A stretch of DNA of 64,000 nucleotides from Trueperaceae bacterium (GCA_034521815.1 JAXHLW010000001.1:160001-224000); one strand, 5' to 3'; shown: positions 22,745 through 32,746, numbered from the stretch's first letter. Notes: generated by a model not told the origin, from the letters alone. Program-made: numbers and translations.

Positions 22745-24379
22745 GTGAACCGCATCGCCATGCTGGGGGGCTTGATCGCAGGTCTGGGGTTCTTCTTCCT
22801 GCCCATTCTCAACCTCAAGCCGAACCGCCTCGCCTCGGGCACGAGCTTCAACCTGCTCGAGTTCCAAGGCGACGATCGTTATCTGATTCTTTTCATCCTC
22901 GCCCTCGTTCCGCTCGCGCTCGCGTTCCGGGACGAGCTCGGAAGTCGTGGCTGGCTCCTCGTCGGCACCGGCTCGATGCTGTTCCTGCTGACGCTGATCC
23001 TGCCGGCCATGGCCGGCAGGATGCTTCTGCTGGACCCCGAGCCGTACCTGTCCGGCGGCGCGTTCATCCGCAACCCCCGGATCCTGCCCTCCGGCGGCTT
23101 CGCCCTGGGCCTGGTCGGCGCGTACGTGACGATCTTCGCCGGCGTGCGCGACCTGGCGCGCGCGGGCGCGCAGTCGTGGCTGCAGACGGTGGCCACCTGG
23201 TTCGCGCCTGCCGTGGCCGTGGTTCTGCTGCTCAACGGCACCTTCGACGTCTACTCGATCCTCGTCGAGTTCTACGCCAACGGCGCTGCGCTGGAGCAGA
23301 AGTTCGTCGAGCACCTCATGTTCGTGGGCATTTCGCTCCTCGTCGGCTTCGTCATCGGCGTCGGCCTGGGCCTCTGGGCGTCGCGTGACGAGCGGGTGGC
23401 GCCGATCATCCTCTACGCGGTCGGCATCATCCAGACGATCCCGTCGCTCGCGCTGTTCGGGGTGTTGCTCGTGCCGCTCGCCACGCTCGGCAGTATGGCG
23501 TTCCTGCCCGTCGCCGCGTTCTTCGGCGTCTCGGCGGTCATCGCGATCGCGATCGGCGCCTCGTACGTGGTCCTGGCCGACCGCGAGCCCGCCCAGCTCC
23601 GCATCGTGCACCTGCTGGCGACCGCGCTGAGCGCGGCCGTGCCGCTGGCGCTGTTCGTCGGCGTGCTGGTCAGCTTCGTGTTCCAGCTCGCCAGCATCGG
23701 CTTCACAAGCGGTGACTACGGCGGCACCACCTCGGCGATCGGCAGCCTGGTGCTCGCCGCGATCGTCGCCTGGGTCGTGGGTCGCTGGATGGTGGCGCCC
23801 GACGGCCGGCTGCGTCGAGTCCTGCGCTGGGCGAACTGGGCCCTGAGCGGGGCGGCGGTCGTCGGCGTGATCGTGCTGTTCGTGCAGGCCTCGGGCTCCA
23901 GCCGCGCGTTGGGCGGGGTCGAGTCGCTCCAGGCCCTCACGATCCGCGATCTGGGCGTGTCGGGCATCGGGGTCGCGCCGGCGCTGATCGCCTTGACGCT
24001 CTACTCCCTCCTGCCGCTGGTCCGAAACACCTACGCCGGCCTGAACAACGTCGACAACGCCATCATCGACTCGGGTCGCGGCATGGGCATGACGCCCTCG
24101 CAGCGGTTCATGCAGATCGAGCTTCCCCTGGCGTTCCCGGTCATCATGGCCGGCGTGCGCAACGCCGGCGTCGCCCTCGTCGGCATCGGAACGGTCGCGA
24201 CGGTCATCGGCGCCGGCGGGCTCGGCGACTTCGTGATCCAGGGCATCGTGAACACGTCCATCGACCAGATTCTGCTCGGCGCCATCCCGGCGATCGGCCT
24301 GGCGCTGGTGCTCGACGCGGGACTCCGTGGCGTCGAGGGCCTGCTGACCTCGCCCGGCATCAAGCAGGTGCAGAGCTGA
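22745..24379 (+). CDS. Osmoprotectant ABC permease (YehY-like, with extra TM insertion)
   Basis: IQTIPSLALFG, LYSLLPLVRNTYAG, GRGMGMT, IELPLAFPVIMAGVR. Confidence 0.85.
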   Translation: MNRIAMLGGLIAGLGFFFLPILNLKPNRLASGTSFNLLEFQGDDRYLILFILALVPLALAFRDELGSRGWLLVGTGSMLFLLTLILPAMAGRMLLLDPEPYLSGGAFIRNPRILPSGGFALGLVGAYVTIFAGVRDLARAGAQSWLQTVATWFAPAVAVVLLLNGTFDVYSILVEFYANGAALEQKFVEHLMFVGISLLVGFVIGVGLGLWASRDERVAPIILYAVGIIQTIPSLALFGVLLVPLATLGSMAFLPVAAFFGVSAVIAIAIGASYVVLADREPAQLRIVHLLATALSAAVPLALFVGVLVSFVFQLASIGFTSGDYGGTTSAIGSLVLAAIVAWVVGRWMVAPDGRLRRVLRWANWALSGAAVVGVIVLFVQASGSSRALGGVESLQALTIRDLGVSGIGVAPALIALTLYSLLPLVRNTYAGLNNVDNAIIDSGRGMGMTPSQRFMQIELPLAFPVIMAGVRNAGVALVGIGTVATVIGAGGLGDFVIQGIVNTSIDQILLGAIPAIGLALVLDAGLRGVEGLLTSPGIKQVQS

Positions 24380-24395
24380 TGCGAAAGGAGTCCTC

Positions 24396-25533
24396 GTGAT
24401 CGAGTTCCAGAACGTCGGCAAGCGGTTCCCCGACGGCTTCCAGGCCGTCAAGGCACTGGACCTCACGGTCCACGACGGCGAGATCTGCGTCTTCATCGGA
24501 CCGTCCGGCTGCGGCAAGACGACCTCGATGCGGATGGTGAACCGGCTCCTGTCGATCACCGAAGGCAAGATCATGGTGGACGGTCGCGACAATCGCGAGT
24601 TTCCCGCCGAGGAGCTGCGCCGAAAGATCGGCTACGCCATCCAGCAGATCGGCCTGTTCCCGCACTTCACCGTGCTGGACAACATCGCCGTCGTTCCCCG
24701 CATGCTGGGGTGGGACGAGACCCGCATCCGCAAGCGGGTCGACGAGCTGCTCGACCTCGTCGGGCTCGATCCCGACATCAACCGCGACAAGTACCCGCGC
24801 CAGCTCTCGGGCGGTCAGCAGCAGCGCGTCGGCGTGGCCCGCGCACTCGGAGCGGACCCGCCCATCATGTTGATGGACGAGCCGTTCGGAGCGATCGACC
24901 CGATCACCCGCGAGGTGCTCCAAGAGGAGTTCCTGCAGATCCAGAAGGAGATCAGCAAGACGATCATCTTCGTCACGCACGACATCGACGAGGCGATCAA
25001 GATGGGCGACCGGATCGCCATCCTGCGCGACGGATCGCTGGAGCAGTACGACACGCCGGACAACATCCTGGCCCACCCGAAGGATCGTTTCGTCCGCGAC
25101 TTCGTCGGGTCGGATCGGTCGCTCAAGCGACTCGGACTCATCCGCGTCCACGAGCTGATGGATCCCGACCTGCTGCCCACCGTGCGTCTGCGCGACAGCG
25201 TCGAGCACGCCAAGAAGGTCATCGCCGAATACAAGGTGCGAAGCGCATTCGTGGTCGACGAGGACGGCATGCTCAAGGGCTGGGTCGACATGGACGGCAT
25301 CCGTCAGAGCCCGAACAGCCTGGTCGACGCGATGATGGAGGCCGATTTCAACGAGATCGGCGTCCGCAAGAACCAGACCGCCCGCGAGGCGCTGTCGGCC
25401 ATGGTCGCCCGCAGCTTCCGCATCACGCCGGTCGTCGACCGCAAGGGCCAGCTTGCTCGGCAGCATCACCCTGAAGTCGCTCCAGGAGCTCGCGGAGCAG
25501 GGCTGGGCCGACGAGGACGCGGGGACGTCGTGA
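24396..25533 (+). CDS. Osmoprotectant ABC ATP-binding subunit with CBS domains (YehX/OpuCA-like), +1 frame break near 25453
   Basis: GPSGCGKTT, LSGGQQQRVG, DEPFGAIDP; removing one base near 25453 gives QLLGSITLKSLQELAEQGWADEDAGTS-stop overlapping the next GTG. Confidence 0.8.
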
Positions 25534-26639
25534 GCTGGACGCGGGTACCGGGCGTCGCCTCGCTGGCCTGGCTGGTGCTGGCGGGCGCGTTGTTCGCGCT
25601 GCAGACGGTGCAGGTCGGCATCACCGACCCCGAGCTCTTCGAAAGGGTGGGCGAGACCGCGCCGCTGATTCCCGACGTGTGGCTGCCGCTGTTCGGGCTC
25701 AGCAGCTCGACGGTCCTGGATATGCAGGCCAGCAACGACATGCGTGTCCTCGGCTTCGGGCTGTTCGACGCCGAGACCGACGCCGAGGCGGCGTTGGGGG
25801 CGACGACGGTGAGCGTCGCGCTCGGCTGGTTCGCCCTGCTCATGGCGGTGCTCGAGGGGTTCTTGGCGTGGGTCTTCCGAAACCGCGAGGAGAAGCTGGT
25901 CCGGCCCCTCGTCCGGGCGGCGGGCATCTTCGTGATGATCTGGTCGTTCTACGGTCACGAGCCGATCTGGGACTGGATGCTCCACGGCCTGTTCCCGACC
26001 AGCCCCGACCTGCTGTACAACTCGAACACCCTGATCAGCCTGGCGGCCCAGCACTTGGAGCTGGTGATCGTCTCGTCGATCATCACCATCACCCTCGGTC
26101 TCGTCCTGGGCATCGCGGTGACGCGCGCCACCTTCCGCGAGTTCCTGCCGCTCGTGAGCGACGTCGTGAACTCCGGACAGACGGTGCCGACGCTGGCGAT
26201 CATCGCGATCATGGCGCCGATCATCGGCTTCGGATTCTGGCCCGCGATCGTGGCGCTGATCCTCTACGGCCTGCTGCCGATCGTGCGCAACACGATCGTC
26301 GGCCTCGAAGGGATCGATCCGGCGCTGATCGACGCGGCCAAGGGAATGGGCATGACGCCCACGCAGGTGCTCTGGCAGATCGAGGTCCCCAACGCCTCGA
26401 GCATCATCCTGGCGGGCGTTCGCACCAGCGTGGTGATCAACGTCGGAACGGCCGCGCTCGGCGCTTACGTGGGGTCTGGCGGTCTGGGCAATCCGATCGC
26501 GTCGGGACTGAACCAGTCGATCAGCCCGTGGGTGCTGCTCGGGGCGCTGGCCGCCGCGCTGCTCGCCATTCTGCTGGACTACATTCTGAGCAGCGTCGAG
26601 TACGTGATGACGCCGAAGGGGCTGCAGATCGAGCAGTGA
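25530..26639 (+). CDS. Osmoprotectant ABC permease (YehW-like)
   Basis: GQTVPTLAIIAI, LYGLLPIVRNT, AAKGMGMT; GTGA overlap with the corrected ATPase stop. Confidence 0.82.
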   Translation: MSWTRVPGVASLAWLVLAGALFALQTVQVGITDPELFERVGETAPLIPDVWLPLFGLSSSTVLDMQASNDMRVLGFGLFDAETDAEAALGATTVSVALGWFALLMAVLEGFLAWVFRNREEKLVRPLVRAAGIFVMIWSFYGHEPIWDWMLHGLFPTSPDLLYNSNTLISLAAQHLELVIVSSIITITLGLVLGIAVTRATFREFLPLVSDVVNSGQTVPTLAIIAIMAPIIGFGFWPAIVALILYGLLPIVRNTIVGLEGIDPALIDAAKGMGMTPTQVLWQIEVPNASSIILAGVRTSVVINVGTAALGAYVGSGGLGNPIASGLNQSISPWVLLGALAAALLAILLDYILSSVEYVMTPKGLQIEQ

Positions 26640-26768
26640 GCCGGGCGTAACGGAACACGCGAAGGCGTGTGCTAGACTTCCTTAAACACCGGAACCGCGC
26701 GCGCTTGCTCCCTTCCGGGAGCAAGCCGCTTCCATACGGCTCATCCGGGCTCTGAAAGGGGTCACGCC

Positions 26769-27237
26769 ATGGCACGGGAAGTCCGCGTCACCAAGGAAGG
26801 CTACGAGCGCCTGCAGCAGCGCGTCACGAACGAACGGGAGCGTCTCGACGAGGCGACCCGCATCTTGCGCGAGCTGTCCGGCACCAGCGACGACTACGAC
26901 GACACCGGCCTCGAAGAGGCCAAGCGAGAGAAGATCGCGATCGAGGACCGGCTCGACGATCTCGAGGACCAGTTCTCCCGCGCCGTGATCATCGAAGACC
27001 ACGACATGGACTCCGTCGAGCTCGGTGCCCTGGTCCGGCTCGAAGGCGAGGACGGCGATGCGTTCGTCGTCCAGGTCGTCGCGCCGGTCGAGGCCGGGCG
27101 TGCTCGACGGCGACGTGCCGCACATCTCCGACGAGTCGCCGATGGGCAAGGCCCTGCTGGGCAGAAAGCCCGGCGAGAAGGTCCAGGTCGTCACGGAGGA
27201 CCGGTCCGCGAGCTACACGATCGTCGCGATCGAGTGA
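26769..27237 (+). CDS. gfh1: Gre-factor homolog Gfh1, +1 frame break at about 27096
   Basis: MAREVRVTKEGYERL...SDDYDDTGLEEAK resembles Thermus Gfh1 with its acidic tip; the C-terminus ISDESPMGKALLG continues in the next frame after GCCGGGCGTG. Confidence 0.8.
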
Positions 27238-27293
27238 GGGCGTCGTGGCTGCCGGACGCGGCTCGGCGTCCGGCAGCCGCTATCCTAGACCGC

Positions 27294-28784
27294 ATGTCGC
27301 AAACGTCCTTAGGGGAACAACGCCAGCAGCGGCTTCGCAACCTCGCGAGCCTGGTCGAGCGCGGGTTCGAGCCGTACCCGTACGGCTATCGCGCGACGCA
27401 TACCGCAGCGGAGCTGCACGACGACCATCCAGGTGCCGCCCCCGGAACGTCGTGGGACGCGCCCGTCGTCACCGTCGCCGGGCGCGCGATGACGATTCGT
27501 GGCATGGGCAAGGTCACGTTCGTGACGATTCAGGACGCCACGGGCCGAATTCAGGCGTACTTCCAGAGGGACTCGCTCGAGCGCTACGCGGCCCTGAAGA
27601 AGGTGGACCTGGGCGACTGGCTCGAGGTCACCGGAACGTTGTTCGTCACGAAGACCGGCGAGCTCACGGTGGACGCGACCGCGTTCCGGCCGCTCGCCAA
27701 GAGTCTGCGCCCCCTTCCCGACAAGTTCCACGGCCTGACCGACAAGGAGCAGCGCTACCGCCAGCGCTACCTGGACCTGATGACCGACCCGGGGGTCCAG
27801 CGGACGTTCGCGCTGCGGAGTCGCATGGTGGCCAGGATCCGGCGCTACCTCGACGAGCTCGGCTTCCTGGAGGTCGAGACGCCGGTGCTGCAGTCCGTTC
27901 CCGGTGGCGCCGAGGCCCGTCCGTTCACGACGCACCACAACGCCCTGGACCACGACTTCCACCTGCGAATCAGCCTGGAGCTGCATCTCAAGCGACTGAT
28001 CGTGGGCGGGTTCGACGCCGTGTTCGAGATCGGACGCAACTTCCGAAACGAAGGGATCAGCCACAAGCACAACCCCGAGTACACGATGCTGGAGCTGTAC
28101 TGGGCGGGACGGGACTACCTGGACGTCCTGGAGCTGGTCGAGGACCTGTACGCGACCGTCGTGCGCGACCTGGTCGGCGGTACGAAGCTCGTCTGGCAGG
28201 GCGTCGAGCTGGACTTCGCGCCGCCGTGGCCGCGGATCGACTACACCGGCGAGCTCGCCGCCCGCTCGGGGATGGACTGCGACCCGCTGGACGAGCCCGC
28301 CCTGCGGGCCTGGGTCGCGCGGGAGCTCGGAGACGCGCGCGACGACGAGGGGCCGTGGAGCGAGAAGCCGCTGAATCAGCTCTACGACAAGCTGTACGAC
28401 CGCTTCGTCGAGCCGCACGTGGTCGGCCCGGCGTTCGTGATGGACCATCCGCTGGCGATCAGCCCGCTCGCGAAGGAGCATCGCACCCGTCCGGGCCTCG
28501 TCGAGCGATTCGAGCCGGTCGCGGTGGGGATGGAGCTCGGCAACGCCTTCAGCGAGCTGAACGATCCGCTGGAGCAGCGTCGCCGCTTCGAGCGTCAGAT
28601 GGAGCTGCGCGCCGACGGTGACGAGGAGGCGATGCGCTTGGACGAGGACTTCCTCACGGCGCTCGAGTACGGCATGCCGCCCACCGGAGGTCTTGGACTG
28701 GGCATCGATCGGTTCGCGATGCTGCTGGCCGACGTGCCCAGCATTCGCGACGTGATCCTCTTCCCGCTTCTGAGGCCCGAGTAG
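27294..28784 (+). CDS. lysS: Lysine--tRNA ligase (class II)
   Basis: RYRQRYLDL, FRNEGISHKHNPEYTMLE, YGMPPTGGLGLGIDR; own -10 TATCCT at 27281. Confidence 0.97.
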   Translation: MSQTSLGEQRQQRLRNLASLVERGFEPYPYGYRATHTAAELHDDHPGAAPGTSWDAPVVTVAGRAMTIRGMGKVTFVTIQDATGRIQAYFQRDSLERYAALKKVDLGDWLEVTGTLFVTKTGELTVDATAFRPLAKSLRPLPDKFHGLTDKEQRYRQRYLDLMTDPGVQRTFALRSRMVARIRRYLDELGFLEVETPVLQSVPGGAEARPFTTHHNALDHDFHLRISLELHLKRLIVGGFDAVFEIGRNFRNEGISHKHNPEYTMLELYWAGRDYLDVLELVEDLYATVVRDLVGGTKLVWQGVELDFAPPWPRIDYTGELAARSGMDCDPLDEPALRAWVARELGDARDDEGPWSEKPLNQLYDKLYDRFVEPHVVGPAFVMDHPLAISPLAKEHRTRPGLVERFEPVAVGMELGNAFSELNDPLEQRRRFERQMELRADGDEEAMRLDEDFLTALEYGMPPTGGLGLGIDRFAMLLADVPSIRDVILFPLLRPE

Positions 28785-28788
28785 AGAC

Positions 28789-28992
28789 TCAGTCGCCCGA
28801 GGGCCCGCCATCCTCTCCGTCGTGATCCTGGCCGTCGTGATCCGCGCCGTGATGGTCCTCGTCGGCGTGGATCCGCGGCTGCGCGCGGTCCCAGATCAGA
28901 TGGTAGAGGCGGTCCTGCAACGCGGCTCGCTGCCGCTCGTCGAGCTCGCGATCCCGATCGATCTCGTGGAGCAGGTCACCGAGGTCCTCCAC
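28789..28992 (-). CDS. Hypothetical small acidic/His-rich protein (67 aa)
   Basis: GTG preceded by a GGAG-like sequence; helical N-terminus and DHDG-repeat tail; not recognised. Confidence 0.4.
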   Translation of the reverse strand: MEDLGDLLHEIDRDRELDERQRAALQDRLYHLIWDRAQPRIHADEDHHGADHDGQDHDGEDGGPSGD

Positions 28993-29142
28993 GCTCCAAG
29001 CCCCGCAGCGCGATACCAGGGTGTCGTACTCCCGAAAGCTCCCCACCGGTTTCCGCTCCCTTCCGCTGCGTGCGGCTCGCGCACAGCATAGGTACGGTCG
29101 GCAGCCGTCCCCCACGGGCAAAGGTCCCGGTAGGCTGACGCC

Positions 29143-30618
29143 ATGACGCGACGCCTTCGTTCGGACGAGCCGCCGGCCTGGATCGGCGACGCCGTGGTCT
29201 ACCAGATCTTCCCTGACCGCTTCGCGCGCAGCGACGCCGTGCCGAAGCCGGCCGGGTTGGAGCGGTGGGACGACGCCCCCACCACGTTCGGGTACAAGGG
29301 GGGCGACCTGATGGGGGTGGTCGAGCGCCTCGACCACCTGGGCGAGCTGGGCGTGAATGTGGTCTACCTCAATCCGATCTTTCAATCCGGAGCGAACCAT
29401 CGCTACCACACGCACGACCACCACCGAGTCGACCCGATGCTGGGCGGCGACGCGGCGTTCCACGCCCTGCGCGACGCGCTGCACGACCGGGGGATGCGGC
29501 TCGTGCTCGACGGCGTGTTCAACCACGCGAGCCGCGGGTTCCTGCAGTTCCACGACGTGCTCGAGAACGGGCGAGACTCGGCCTACCTCGACTGGTGGCA
29601 TATCGAGGGCTTTCCGCTGGACGCCTACGCGGAGGGCGACGCGGAGCACCGGTACGCGTCGTGGTGGGGCATGCCGGCGCTGCCGACGTTCAACGTCGCC
29701 ACGCCGGCCGTGCGGCGCCACCTGTGGGGCGTCGCGACGCGCTGGCTCGAGGAGGGTGCCGACGGCTGGCGACTCGACGTGCCCGAGGAGATCGACGACC
29801 GCTCGTTCTGGCGCGAGTTCCGGCGCCGTTGCCTGGAGGCTCGCAGCGACGCCTGGCTGGTGGGCGAGATCTGGGACGAGGGCGATTCGTGGGTCGGAGG
29901 CGATCCGTTCGACGGGACGAGCTACTATCCGCTGACCCGCGCGATCCTGGGGCTTCTGGGCCGCGCGCTCGACCACGACCTCGCGGCGAAGAGCGGGCTG
30001 GGCCGGATCGCTCCGCTGAGCGAGGCGACGTTCGCCGACCGGCTCCGCCGTCTGGTGACCGATCGCCCCGCGGCGGAGCGCGAGGCTCGCATGACGTTGT
30101 TGGGCTCGCACGACACGGCTCGGGTGCGGACGCTGCTGGGGGACGACCGGGCGGCCGTTCGGCAGGCGTACGGACTGCTGCTGGCGCTCCCGGGTGCGCC
30201 CTGCATCTACTACGGTGACGAGATCGGGTTGCAGGGGGGCCACGACCCGGCGAATCGCGGCACGTTCCCGTGGGACGCGCCGGACCGGTGGGACCGTGAG
30301 CTGCTTGGCGAGCTACGGGACAGGATCGCCGCCAGGAAGCGACACCTCGCGCTTCGCCGCGGCGAGACCGAGGTGCTGTGGGCCCGGGACGGGCTGCTTT
30401 GGCTGGGCCGCGAGGCGGGGGACGAGCAGGCGATCGTGGTGGTACGACTGCCGGACGACGCCGCGCCGCCGGAGGCCGGGTCGGTGGAGCTTCCACCCCG
30501 CCTGCGCGGGCGCTGGTCGTCGGTGCTGGGCGGCGGGGGCTTCGAGGTGGAGCAGGACGGCCGGGTGCGGGGCGATCCGATCGCTGGGCGGAGCACGTCC
30601 TGGTTCGTTCGGCGCTGA
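29143..30618 (+). CDS. GH13 neopullulanase/cyclomaltodextrinase-like glycosidase
   Basis: YQIFPDRF, LDGVFNH, DGWRLDV, VGEIW, LGSHDT, IYYGDEIG. Confidence 0.92.
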   Translation: MTRRLRSDEPPAWIGDAVVYQIFPDRFARSDAVPKPAGLERWDDAPTTFGYKGGDLMGVVERLDHLGELGVNVVYLNPIFQSGANHRYHTHDHHRVDPMLGGDAAFHALRDALHDRGMRLVLDGVFNHASRGFLQFHDVLENGRDSAYLDWWHIEGFPLDAYAEGDAEHRYASWWGMPALPTFNVATPAVRRHLWGVATRWLEEGADGWRLDVPEEIDDRSFWREFRRRCLEARSDAWLVGEIWDEGDSWVGGDPFDGTSYYPLTRAILGLLGRALDHDLAAKSGLGRIAPLSEATFADRLRRLVTDRPAAEREARMTLLGSHDTARVRTLLGDDRAAVRQAYGLLLALPGAPCIYYGDEIGLQGGHDPANRGTFPWDAPDRWDRELLGELRDRIAARKRHLALRRGETEVLWARDGLLWLGREAGDEQAIVVVRLPDDAAPPEAGSVELPPRLRGRWSSVLGGGGFEVEQDGRVRGDPIAGRSTSWFVRR

Positions 30619-30871
30619 GCGACGGGCCGCGTGGCGAGGTGCATTTGCGACGGCACGCCGGCGCCCCTCGCGCTAGGGTGCGGTCAGGGCGCCGGCGTAC
30701 TGCCTCCCAGCAGGGGCCGATGGACGGTCCGTCCGTCGGCATTTCCGAACCGCTCGCCCATCCTCGAACGGATCCGGTACGGTCCCGGCGCCCCTATCTT
30801 GATCCGTCGCGCTCGAAGACGATGCGAACCATTTCCCACTCGGGGCCGAGGGGGTCGCCACGGCGGCCTCC

Positions 30872-31225
30872 TCAGCCGCCGACGGGGGTGAGCGCCTCCG
30901 CGTCCTGCTCGCCGGTTCGGATGCGGACGACCCGCTCGAGCGGCTGGATGAAGATCTTTCCGTCGCCGACGTTCCCTGTCCGGGCCGCCTTGACCAGCGC
31001 CTCGACGGCGGGATCGACGAACGGCTCGGACACCGCGATCTGGATCTGGACCTTCTCGTGGAACTCGACGACGTACGGGCTGCCGCGGTAGGTCTCGACG
31101 ATGCCGCCTTGGCCGCCGTGACCGCTGACGCGCGAGATGGTGATGCCGCGCACGCCGGCTGCGAACAGCGACTCCTTCACGGCGGGAAGGCGTTCGGGAC
31201 GGATGACGGCGGTGATCAGCTTCAT
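30872..31225 (-). CDS. glnK: P-II nitrogen regulator
   Basis: MKLITAVIRP, ETYRGSPY T-loop, RTGNVGDGKIF; downstream of amtB. Confidence 0.95.
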   Translation of the reverse strand: MKLITAVIRPERLPAVKESLFAAGVRGITISRVSGHGGQGGIVETYRGSPYVVEFHEKVQIQIAVSEPFVDPAVEALVKAARTGNVGDGKIFIQPLERVVRIRTGEQDAEALTPVGG

Positions 31226-31236
31226 CACGATGCTCC

Positions 31237-32517
31237 TCAGTCGCCCGCGCCGACCACGATGGGATCGCGCAGGCGGTCTTCGCTGCTGTAGCCGGGCAGG
31301 CCGTGCTCGACGATGTCGAGGCCCTGCACCTCTTCGTTGGGACTCACGCGGATACCGATCGTGACCTTCAGGGCGAGGAAGACGAGGTAGCCGGCGACGA
31401 ACGCGCCGGCGCCGTACGACAACGCGCCGAGCAGCTGCACGCCGAGGTTCGCGCCGCCGAACACGCCGACGGCGGCGGTGCCCCACAGGCCCGCGACGCC
31501 GTGGACGCTGATCGCGCCGACCGGATCGTCGACGTGCAGGCGGTCGAACATCACGACGCTGCCGACGACCAGGGCGCCCCCGATCGCCCCGGCCGCCACG
31601 GCGGACAGGCCGGTGACGACGTCGGGGCCGGCGGTGATCGACACCAGCCCGCCCAGCACCCCGTTGATCGTCATCGAGATGTCGGGCTTCTTGAACAGCC
31701 CCCAGCTCACCAGCAGGGCGGCGACGCCGCCGGCGGCCGCGGCGAGGTTGGTATGGAGGAAGATGTCGGCCACCGCGGTGGCGTCGGCCTGGCTGGAGAA
31801 CGCCAGCTGCGAGCCGCCGTTGAAGCCGAACCAGCCGATCCAGAGCAGGAACAGGCCCAGCCCGGCGTACGCCAGGTTGTGTCCGGGCATGGCGATCGCG
31901 CGTCCACCAGCGTAGCGGCCCAGCCGCGGACCGATGGCCAGAACGGCGCCCAGCGCGGCGAACCCTCCGACCGCGTGCACGACCGACGAGCCGGCGAAGT
32001 CGGCGAAGCCGAGCTGCGACAGCCAGCCGCCTCCCCACTGCCAGGCCCCCATGACGGGGTAGATGAGCGCGGTCATCACCACCGAGAAGATCAGGTAGGC
32101 GCCGAACTTCATCCGTCCGCCGATCGCGCCGGACACGATCGTGGCGGCCGTGGCGGCGAAGACCATCTGGAAGAAGAAGTCGGCGGAGTTCGGGACGTTC
32201 ATGCCGGTGACGTAGTTTTGGAGGAACAGCCCACCGCCGTACATGATCCCGAAGCCGACCGCCCAGTACGCCAGGCCGGCGACGGCGAAGTCGGCGATGT
32301 TCTTCATGAAGATGTTGATCACGTTCTTGGAGCTGTGCAGGCCGGCCTCGAGCAGCGCGAAGCCGGGCTGCATCAGGGCGACCAGGAGCGCGCTGACGAG
32401 CAGCACGACGGTGTCGAGCGCGAACGCGACGTCGGCGACGGACTCGCCCTGGGCGACGGCGAGCGTGACCGAAGATAGGACGGCCGTGGCCGAAACGAGC
32501 CTTGGGAACGTCTTCAC
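31237..32517 (-). CDS. amtB: Ammonium transporter
   Basis: FFQMVFAATAATIVSG, DFAGSSVVH, WFGFNGGS, DDPVGAISVHG; GAGGAGG RBS. Confidence 0.95.
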   Translation of the reverse strand: MKTFPRLVSATAVLSSVTLAVAQGESVADVAFALDTVVLLVSALLVALMQPGFALLEAGLHSSKNVINIFMKNIADFAVAGLAYWAVGFGIMYGGGLFLQNYVTGMNVPNSADFFFQMVFAATAATIVSGAIGGRMKFGAYLIFSVVMTALIYPVMGAWQWGGGWLSQLGFADFAGSSVVHAVGGFAALGAVLAIGPRLGRYAGGRAIAMPGHNLAYAGLGLFLLWIGWFGFNGGSQLAFSSQADATAVADIFLHTNLAAAAGGVAALLVSWGLFKKPDISMTINGVLGGLVSITAGPDVVTGLSAVAAGAIGGALVVGSVVMFDRLHVDDPVGAISVHGVAGLWGTAAVGVFGGANLGVQLLGALSYGAGAFVAGYLVFLALKVTIGIRVSPNEEVQGLDIVEHGLPGYSSEDRLRDPIVVGAGD

Positions 32518-32568
32518 GTGGACCTCCTCGGGGACAGCGCGACCGGGCCGGTCGCGGCTTGAGGCCAC

Positions 32569-32597
32569 AGCATAGTGTCGAGCGTGCACACTGTCAA
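32569..32597 (-). promoter_or_regulatory. amtB-glnK promoter
   Basis: Minus strand TTGACA (32597-32592), 17 bp, TATGCT (32574-32569). Confidence 0.75.
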
Positions 32598-32627
32598 GAA
32601 AGAAGCGGTCAATCAGCCAAATATGCA

Positions 32628-32640
32628 TGCACACTGTGCA
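32628..32640. promoter_or_regulatory. Palindromic operator candidate TGCACA-C-TGTGCA
   Basis: Perfect 6-1-6 palindrome; a degenerate second copy at 32585-32597 overlaps the -35 box. Confidence 0.5.
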
Positions 32641-32709
32641 GGAAATGACAAGAGTTGAAAGTAGAGGACGATCAATGATGGACAAATGGCAACGAAACGC
32701 TGCACAAAG

Positions 32710-32746
32710 CGACTGCTCGACCTCGCCAGGCGAGGTCGAGCAGTCG
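32710..32746. terminator. 18-bp-arm inverted repeat downstream of the nucleotidyltransferase gene
   Basis: CGACTGCTCGACCTCGCC-A-GGCGAGGTCGAGCAGTCG. Confidence 0.6.

Noticed and set aside
24396-26639. 747-aa ATPase-permease fusion as a novel architecture
   Set aside because: One-base correction restores two normal overlapping genes
26769-28784. 671-aa Gre-LysRS fusion or programmed frameshift
   Set aside because: No slippery heptamer or stimulatory signal seen; the intact Gfh1 C-terminus is in the adjacent frame and lysS has its own promoter
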